A stretch of 60,097 nucleotides of DNA, the filler included. It is 8 parts of 8 records of this genome, joined end to end, with 100 filler letters (N's around TTAATTAATTAA, not from the genome) between each part and the next. Parts side by side here need not be neighbours in the genome. Positions count along the whole stretch, not along the records: positions 9,260 to 17,092 come from SRR31147125_8899; positions 17,193 to 22,495 come from SRR31147125_8902; 6 more parts are not named here. The stretch is one strand, 5' to 3'. Shown piece by piece: positions 11,913 to 19,707 of the stretch; position 1 is the stretch's first letter, and every line of letters begins with the position of its first letter. A program made the translations under genes and the position numbers. Below the pieces are notes generated by a model. It did no database searches and was not told the DNA's origin. It worked only from the letters and a program-made list of their open reading frames with translations.

Positions 11913-12743
11913 GTGATGACTTTGTTTTTAAAATACGTAAACATTATGGGACTATCCTTAGAGCTACATTATCAATATGAGAAATATTTCAAAAACAACA
12001 TCGAAAAATATGAAATCCCTTTTAAACCAGAACATATAGATTATCAAATCACCGTATCATACACTGATCATATTGATGCAAGCAAGTATAAAGATTTTGA
12101 AGTTTTTTCAAAAACTAAATCTGGTGATGTAAAGTCTGGCATCGCTATCCGTGATCGAAATTATATGATATATATGCTGAAAGATGCGTTTGAAGATGAA
12201 GCAGAAACTGAATACATTTATATGGGTATTGCATTTTTAAAAATTGCATTACATGAAAAAATGTTTCCACTTCATGCATCAACCATTCTTTATAAAAACG
12301 AAGCCATATGTTTTTCAGGACCATCTCAAACTGGTAAATCAACGCATACAAGTTTATGGACGAAACATATAAAAAATGCAGTTAAATTAAACGATGATAA
12401 AACCATGCTCACATTTGAAGATGATCATATTTATGCACATGGGATACCTTTTAGTGGATCAATGAGTATTAATATGAATAAAAAAGCTAATCTTAAAGCC
12501 ATTGTATTTTTGAAACAATCAAAAATCAATGTCATTAAACGTATGAAGCCAGAGGTTGCGACCATAGAACTTGCAAGAAATATTTATCAACCAACAGATG
12601 GACAAGCATGGCAATTCATCTTTACCCAAATAGAAAAGATAATTAACGAAGTACCTATTTATCTTTTACTCTGTGATATTAGTGAAGAAGCAGTCAATAA
12701 AGCATATGATGCGATTTATAAAGGAGAAGTTGATGAGAATTAA
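11913..12743 (+). CDS. HPr-kinase-like P-loop protein of PqqD-associated cassettes
   Basis: PLHASTI...AICFSGPSQTGKSTH...LNDDK...HGIPFSGS, i.e. His, Walker A and DD motifs of the HPrK fold. Start may be TTG 11922. Confidence 0.8.
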   Translation: MMTLFLKYVNIMGLSLELHYQYEKYFKNNIEKYEIPFKPEHIDYQITVSYTDHIDASKYKDFEVFSKTKSGDVKSGIAIRDRNYMIYMLKDAFEDEAETEYIYMGIAFLKIALHEKMFPLHASTILYKNEAICFSGPSQTGKSTHTSLWTKHIKNAVKLNDDKTMLTFEDDHIYAHGIPFSGSMSINMNKKANLKAIVFLKQSKINVIKRMKPEVATIELARNIYQPTDGQAWQFIFTQIEKIINEVPIYLLLCDISEEAVNKAYDAIYKGEVDEN

Positions 12744-12999
12744 AGAAGGATTTGTTGTGAGAAAAATCAATGATTTTTATGCAGTTGTACCGGTTAATAA
12801 AAAAGTATTAGATTTTAGTGGGATGATGACATTAAATGAATCAGGGAAAATGCTATATGATTTATTGCTAACAGATGTCAGCAAACAAACACTCATAGAC
12901 TTTATGTGTAAAACATATGATGTTAGTCAAGAAGTAGCAGAAAAAGATATTGATGCTTTTTTAAATAAATTAATATCACATCAATTGTTGATCAAATAG
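12733..12999 (+). CDS. PqqD-family protein (RiPP recognition element, RRE)
   Basis: AAGGAG RBS, ATG 12733, MRIKEGFVVRKI...LNESGKMLYDLL...YDVSQEVAEKDIDAFLNKL, 88 aa. Confidence 0.9.
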   Translation: MRIKEGFVVRKINDFYAVVPVNKKVLDFSGMMTLNESGKMLYDLLLTDVSKQTLIDFMCKTYDVSQEVAEKDIDAFLNKLISHQLLIK

Positions 13000-13007
13000 G
13001 GGGAGTT

Positions 13008-13411
13008 ATGAAGAAAGTGATTGTATCCAATCATGAGATGTTTGATTTAATTATCAAACAACTCAATGATTCAGGTCTGGTTCATTTTAGTGTAAAAGGT
13101 GATTCAATGCGTCCTTTTTTTCAAAATGATCGTACAATGGTCACAGTTAAAAAGTTTGACACATATGAAAAAGGCGATGTCGTCTTATTTAAATATAACG
13201 ATCAAGTGTTACTTCATCGTATTATTAAAATAAAAGGTGATCGATATATTATTCAAGGTGATGCTGCATATCGAAAAGAATACGCAATGCTTCATGATAT
13301 ATATGGTAAGGTTGTATTGTTTGCACCACCAGTAAAAGATTATGAAAAAAAGCAAAATGGTGGGTTTTCTTTAGACCTTTTAAAAGATTATTAATAAAAT
13401 TTATAAAATAG
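13008..13411 (+). CDS. S24/S26-family serine peptidase (signal-peptidase-like), probable frameshift in the A run near 13346-13351
   Basis: VKGDSMRPFF (catalytic Ser), GDVVLF, LLHRI, IQGD. An alternate-frame tail KAKWWVFFRPFKRLLIKFIK* ends at 13411. Confidence 0.8.
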
Positions 13412-13443
13412 CGCTTACATGTAATGTTTGTGCTAAATTCAAT

Positions 13444-13473
13444 AAAATAACCTTGCGAGAGGTTATTTTTTTT
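13444..13473 (+). terminator. Intrinsic terminator after the peptidase gene
   Basis: AAAATAACCT-TGCGAG-AGGTTATTTT followed by a T run. Confidence 0.75.
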
Positions 13474-13522
13474 GATATTATCAACACATAGGGCAGATTT
13501 ATAGAAAGAGGGATAAGTAAAT

Positions 13523-13651
13523 ATGGAAAAACAAGTAATTAAGCAAGACTATGTCGTGCCTTCAATTGATATTGTTGAATTTCAATTAGAGGATTCTATT
13601 GCAGCATCTGGAGAATCAAGTGGAGCAGCATTCTGGGAAGAATGGGACTAA
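13523..13651 (+). CDS. 42-aa putative RiPP-type precursor peptide MEKQVIKQDYVVPSIDIVEFQLEDSIAASGESSGAAFWEEWD (not in the ORF track)
   Basis: AGAGGG RBS, ATG 13523, TAA 13649-13651. YxxPxI leader motif, adjacent to the PqqD, kinase and peptidase genes. Confidence 0.8.
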   Translation: MEKQVIKQDYVVPSIDIVEFQLEDSIAASGESSGAAFWEEWD

Positions 13652-13655
13652 ACAC

Positions 13656-16163
13656 ATGAAAATGAAAAAGTTAATACTAGGAATATTTTTAAGTTTAGGA
13701 CTGTTCATGGCATCTATTGGATTATTTCCAAATGTATATGCTGCACATGTTGGGAATAACTATGATGTTGAAGTAACCATCGTTTATGGTGATGGACCCA
13801 GTGATTTTGTGAGTGCGAACTTATCAAATAAGGGTTATGGTTCAGCTGTAAGTGTTGATTTTGGGTCTTGGTTAAACACAAATTCATTTGCATACTATAT
13901 TGTAAATGGTGAAGTGATTACGAATCAAGGTGAAATGTTTCGCGTAAAAAGTGATTTAAATATTATTGCTGTCGTGCAACCTGCAGGAGAAAATGTCGCA
14001 GTGTTTATCGATAGTAATGGTAAATATTTAGGTGTTGATTATGTGGTAAATGGTGGTACACCAGTAGCACCAGATATATCAGAGTTATCTAAACCAGGAT
14101 ATTCAGTAGATAGTGAAAATCCATGGTCACCTGCCATATCAACATTATCAGGAAATCAAATATATGAAGTACAATATGCATTAGATGCAGCTGACACATT
14201 TAGTGCATCTGCAACAAATGCAAGTCTATCTAATGAAAATCCAGTATTTAATGAAATTGTCACAGCAACAGCTGTGGGGACATCGGGATATTGGTTAGAC
14301 AATAATGTAAAAATAGCATATGGTTTAACATATGAATTCTCTGCATTAAGTGATCGAGACATAGAATATGTTGAAAGTGCAGAAGCAGAAGAAGCACTAG
14401 TTAGCATACATGATGTTTCAGGTATTAGAGACGGTTATGAATCTTATTTAGGTCAAGTTTATGTACCAGATGGTTATGAACTGATTGAATGGGGATTCTT
14501 ATTTGATAGTGAAGAAGAAGCATTAACACTTGATAATGCTGAAGTAGTTAAACCAAGTTCAGCATTAGCTGGCACCAATGAGTTCTTAAGATCAGTAGAA
14601 TCAGGTTTATATACATCAATTAGAGCATATGCAACAGTTGATAATGGATCTAGTTTAGAAACGATTTATAGTGATGTTAATGTGTTTGTTGCGAGTTCAG
14701 GAGCAAGTGATTTATTTATATCAGAGGTATTGGACTGGAATGGTGGAACTAATAAAGCAATTGAGTTATACAATGGTACAAACTCACCAATTAATCTAAG
14801 TGATTATAGCATTAAAGTAAATGCAAATGATAACACAACATGGACGAATACCACACCAAATCCATTACCTGATATTGATTTGAATGCAGGACAAACTTAT
14901 GTGTTGACAAATGCTAGCGAGTCTTCAATCACAGCATTATCAGATTCTACAACTACTGCATCGTTCAATGGAGATGATGCGATTGGATTATTTAAAAATG
15001 ATGTTCTAATTGATATATTTGGTGTATTTGGAGAAGATCCAGGTTCAGGTTGGGCTATAAACGGTGGTAACACTGCTGATGTATCAATTATCAGAAATGC
15101 ATCTGTGACTGGTCCTTATGTTAATAATGATGCAGATCCGATGTGGGAGCAAAATGAATGGACAGCTACTTCTAACACAGTTGATAATCTAAGTTCTCAT
15201 ACAATGGAATCAGGTTCAACCTCATCAAGTCTAAAATTAATATCTACTATTAAAACTGAAGTGGAATCAGATTTAAATGCACCTAGTGTTACATTAGATA
15301 TCGATAGTGATTATACATTACCAGATACTAATCTTTATGGTTCATCAGTATCTTGGTCAGTATTATCAGGTTCTAGTTACATAGATAATGCAGGTGTCGT
15401 TTCAAGACCAGCATATGGTGTTGGAGATCAAGAGGCAACACTTCAATATACAATTAGTGTTGGTGGAGAAGATGTTGTTGGAACAATTACATTAAATATC
15501 TTAGAAGAAGAGCAAACATTTACAGTATCATTTGATGCAAATGGTGGAGATGCAAATCCTGATCCGCAAGTTGTTGTAGCTGGTGAATTTGCAAGTCAAC
15601 CAACAACACCAACAAATGATGGTTATGTACTTACTGGTTGGTTTGATGCTGCTAGTGGCGGTAATGAATGGGATTTTGCAAATGATCCTGTATCAGGCGA
15701 TATGACGCTTTATGCTCAATGGAACCAAGCTTCAGAAGATAAAGAAGCAACTCTTACATATGGTACAAACAAATATACAAATTCCGCATCTGCTACAATT
15801 GATGATACAGTTGATTTTGCAATATCGAGTGGTGGAATTCTAAGTGCATCTTCAATAACTTTCTCAAAAGCATACTGGGTATATTCGGCTACTGATGGTG
15901 GTAACACAATGCGTTTAGGAAGTTCTAGCACAGATGGGTCAATTACATATAATTTTAACGCATCGGTTACCGTAACAAGTGTTATTGTTACAGCGTTGGA
16001 ATATGATAGTGGAGCGTCACTAACAATTGGTACGACTACTCTAAGTTTAACTGATACAGCTGCAGATTACACTTTTGATATTGTTGATGGTTCAAGCTTT
16101 ACAATTGAAGGCAATGATAGAGTTCAAATAGTTAGCGTAACAGTTATATATTTGGGGGAGTAA
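13656..16163 (+). CDS. Large secreted/surface protein with lamin-tail domain and InlB B-repeat-like domain; probably N-terminal part of an extracellular nuclease
   Basis: Signal peptide MKMKKLILGIF...VYA, LTD motif DLFISEV...NKAIELYNGT...INLSDY, B-repeat FTVSFDANGG...GWF...TLYAQW. Confidence 0.8.
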   Translation: MKMKKLILGIFLSLGLFMASIGLFPNVYAAHVGNNYDVEVTIVYGDGPSDFVSANLSNKGYGSAVSVDFGSWLNTNSFAYYIVNGEVITNQGEMFRVKSDLNIIAVVQPAGENVAVFIDSNGKYLGVDYVVNGGTPVAPDISELSKPGYSVDSENPWSPAISTLSGNQIYEVQYALDAADTFSASATNASLSNENPVFNEIVTATAVGTSGYWLDNNVKIAYGLTYEFSALSDRDIEYVESAEAEEALVSIHDVSGIRDGYESYLGQVYVPDGYELIEWGFLFDSEEEALTLDNAEVVKPSSALAGTNEFLRSVESGLYTSIRAYATVDNGSSLETIYSDVNVFVASSGASDLFISEVLDWNGGTNKAIELYNGTNSPINLSDYSIKVNANDNTTWTNTTPNPLPDIDLNAGQTYVLTNASESSITALSDSTTTASFNGDDAIGLFKNDVLIDIFGVFGEDPGSGWAINGGNTADVSIIRNASVTGPYVNNDADPMWEQNEWTATSNTVDNLSSHTMESGSTSSSLKLISTIKTEVESDLNAPSVTLDIDSDYTLPDTNLYGSSVSWSVLSGSSYIDNAGVVSRPAYGVGDQEATLQYTISVGGEDVVGTITLNILEEEQTFTVSFDANGGDANPDPQVVVAGEFASQPTTPTNDGYVLTGWFDAASGGNEWDFANDPVSGDMTLYAQWNQASEDKEATLTYGTNKYTNSASATIDDTVDFAISSGGILSASSITFSKAYWVYSATDGGNTMRLGSSSTDGSITYNFNASVTVTSVIVTALEYDSGASLTIGTTTLSLTDTAADYTFDIVDGSSFTIEGNDRVQIVSVTVIYLGE

Positions 16164-17092
16164 CGACCCCTACTGAAGATACTACTTCACCTATACTTTC
16201 AATTACACCTTCGGAAACGGAGGTGTATGTTTCCGTAGGGGAATCATGGTCATTGCCGAGTGTGTCGGCAACTGATGACGTCGATGGTGACATCTCAGAG
16301 TTTGTAACTCTTGATGATGATAATTACGACTTAAACACAACAGGAACATATACACTCATTTGGAGTGTATCAGATACTGCAGGGAATGCTGCAACTTTAT
16401 CATTAACACTAAATGTGTATGACAATAATGGTGGAAATAATGATACTTTTTATTCTGAAGATTCATATTATAGTTCATTAAATGGACTATCAGGAACTAG
16501 TTTAGAAGATGCATTATATACGCTTATTAATAATACAGGCACTTATACAACAACGACGTACGGAGAAGCTAGAGATTATTTAGCAATATCCGATGTGTTA
16601 ACTACAGATAATACTAAACTTGATATGATTTATTCAACCACTTTATCTTCTGGAACATACGCTACTGCTTCATGGGATAGTGGAGCAACTTGGAATAGAG
16701 AACATGTATGGGCTAAATCACTGCTAGGCAGTGGTTATACTGTTGATAATGGTGATAGAGGTATTGCTGCTGATCTTCATAACTTAAGAGCAGCAGATAC
16801 TGGTATAAATTCATCACGTGGTAATAAATTATTTTCCGCATCAACCTCACTTCTTGGCACGTATGGCGATGATGGTAGTGGTAGATGGTATCCAGGAGAT
16901 AGTTATATTGGAGATGTCGCAAGAATCATTTTCTATATGGATATCAGATGGGGAAGTGAAACGTCGATATCGAGTATTGGTACGCTTCAAACATTTATAT
17001 CTTGGGCGTCAACTGATACTGTCGATACATTTGAAGAAAATAGAAATGATGTGATATACTCATATCAAGGAAATAGAAATCCATTTATTGAT
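16160..17092 (+). CDS. Ig-like (DUF5011-type) domain plus endonuclease I domain; likely continuous with the upstream ORF across a G-run frameshift; 3' truncated
   Basis: ATDDVDGD...GTYTL..SVSDTAGN, WNREHVWAKS, DLHNLR, NSSRGN, GDVARIIFYM, QGNRNPFID. Confidence 0.85.
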
Positions 17093-17192
17093 NNNNNNNN
17101 NNNNNNNNNNNNNNNNNNNNNNNNNNNNNNNNNNNNTTAATTAATTAANNNNNNNNNNNNNNNNNNNNNNNNNNNNNNNNNNNNNNNNNNNN

Positions 17193-19655
17193 TTTATCTA
17201 TATCAGCTTGTGACATTTGACCACCGCTTGAGGCGTCTACTGGAGCTGCTGCCACAGCTTCCGTCGCTCCAGCTAAAGTTTCTTCTCCAATGTTTAAGCT
17301 TTCGTCCTCTACATCAACATCAGAATCTTCAGCAGGCTCATCTTCAAGCTCATCAGCGATTTCCGCTAACATCTCATCACTAAGGTTTAAGCCACTAGCG
17401 ATTTCCTCATCCGAAATCTCTTCTGCTTCATCATCTAAATCATCGGCAATTCCAGAAAGCATTTCATCACTTAAATCAAGTCCGCCAGCTCCAAGTTCTT
17501 CGGAAGCTAATTCTTCTTCTAATTCCTCCACAGGAATTTCCTCTATTGAGTTTTCTGGTGAATCAAAAGATGATTCCTCTTCTAGTGATTCTTCAAATTC
17601 TTCCTCTTCAATAATTTCTTCTGAACTGTCATCAAAACTCTCTTCAACCACAGCACTCTCGTCCAACAGATCCTCCATAACATCTTCCATCATATCTTCA
17701 TCCATTGTATCAACAAACTCAGAAGGTAAGTCATCTTGGATATCTGTCATTACTTCCTCTTCAACTTTCTCCTCTACTTTTTCTTCACTTACAACTGCTG
17801 ATTTATATGTTTGGAATACTACTCTATATTTCTCATTGATCATATTATCCCCAGAAGTAATAATCCTAGGCATATCATCTATACCCTCTAAGAACAATTT
17901 CGAATTCCTATAAGTTACTGAAAATGTATCATCAAACGGTTCTAGAGAAACGTCTAATCCTTCATTTGCTAAATATACCGTTTGAAGCTGTTTTAACATT
18001 ACATATTTAGATGACAAAAAGTTATGGAACGAGTCTTCAGCAATACATTCTGGATTACTTTTATCCTCAAAAGGTTCCAAAGAGAACATCTGGTCACCCT
18101 TATCTGCTATTCTATATGTAAAAGCATGTCCTAGGTTTAATTCATATATTTTATCATTAAACAAATTCACTTCTTTAAATGATTTTCTTCCATCACCATT
18201 AATAAATGACATATTATAAATTAAATCTGAATTTATATCGTTTTCATTCTCTTGTTTAGAACCATTCTGTATGTTTCCATTCTCTGTTTGTACTAATACA
18301 TGTTTTCCCATTGCAACATATTGAGAGTTAATTCTTATATCATTAAGCCTGCTACGTCCGATATTTATCTCTTTTTTTCTAAATATTACAAATGTTTGTT
18401 TTGTTTCAATGTTTTCTATTTCAAGCTTAAATTCACCTTTAATCTCATATGAGTTTTGAAGAGATTCATGTTTATTTTGTAAAAGTTTTTTCAATGCTTC
18501 TGCAAAACTTACTTCCAGTGTGTTACATCTCTTAATATGTGCTTCAAGTTGAAACAGTTTTTCTCCAACAGAGGCAGTTTCAAGCGTGTCACACACCTCA
18601 TTTAAGAACGCTATTACATCCTCTTCTGTATGTTCATTGATAAGTCTCTCTATTAAATATACTTTATCAACATACTCCCTATTAGGTAAAACATCATCAA
18701 ATAAAAAGTTAAACTGTGCTTCAGCATAAACTTCATTATATTTTGCAAAACTTTTATTTAATTTAGACATAATTCCTTTTATTGCTTCATTTTTTGAATC
18801 AGAATGAAGAAGACTAATATATTTTTCCCCAAACTTCTTTACTTGCTCATAATCAGTATATTCAATGTCATTCTCTAAAAATGATATTATTAAATTTGCT
18901 GTAAAAAATTGATTTATTATACTTGCATATTCATTAAAAGCCTTTGTATTAAAATAAGATATATACTTAAGTGTTGTTTTAATATCTTTCTTGCTAGCTT
19001 TTTTTAACTTTTCTTCATTTAAAACCCACTCTTCAGCGGAATTAACACTCTGTCTGAATTTACTTCTTATCTCAGTATCTAAAGCTCTTACTAATTTACT
19101 AGCAGATGAGAAATTCTTTTTATACTCACTTCTAGCTTGATTAACTGAGGAAAAGTTTATGTCCATAAATTTCTTATAAGAATCATAAGCTTTTTCATTG
19201 TCTTTCAATTTTATTCTATAAGTTGAGGCGTGATTATGTCTTATTGCTTCTAATGCTTCTATCCCTTGCTCCAATAAAAATATTTCATTTTTTTCAAATG
19301 TTTCCTTTAATTCAAGGTTATTTTTTACATATTCTTCAAGAACTTTCTTATATTTCTCTTTTTGGATATCAATTCCTTTTCTTGCTCTTTTATCTTTCTT
19401 TTTACTTCTATAATAAGCAAAATAATAGTAACCCAAAGCTTCCTGTATTCCCTTTATCTTTTTGACAAAAGGACTGCTAGCAGTAAGCTTGTTTATTATT
19501 TTATCACCCTTTTTTATATTTTTAAGGACTGTTTCTGAAGAAATCAATTCAAGGGACTTCATAAGCCAGTTTTTACTATTTTGTTCATTATTATTCAAAT
19601 CCTCAGCTTTTTTTCGTATTTCTACTAAGGAGTGTATTACCTTTTCCTCTTCCAT
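17193..19655 (-). CDS. FHA-domain protein with helical N-terminus and long acidic disordered tail (3' truncated)
   Basis: EINIGRSRLNDIRINSQYVAMGKH FHA-like motif and an E/D-rich C-terminal ~190 aa. Confidence 0.6.
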
Positions 19656-19707
19656 CTTATCCCCCTATCCGAAAGTATGTATTTTCAAAATAAGTATTCT
19701 GTTGTAA

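Noticed and set aside
11913-12743. Genuine HprK acting with the neighbouring ptsI
   Set aside because: It lacks the HprK N-terminal domain and overlaps the PqqD gene. The ptsI proximity is probably incidental.
10230-13651. Canonical lasso peptide cluster
   Set aside because: No asparagine-synthetase-like cyclase and no transglutaminase-like B2 protease. The precursor lacks the typical leader Thr.
13599-13655. N-terminal extension of the 854-aa ORF
   Set aside because: It overlaps the peptide ORF in another frame. The signal peptide begins at ATG 13656/13662.
17290-17913. 207-aa Ser-rich ORF on the + strand
   Set aside because: Antisense shadow of the Glu/Asp-rich tail of the minus-strand gene.
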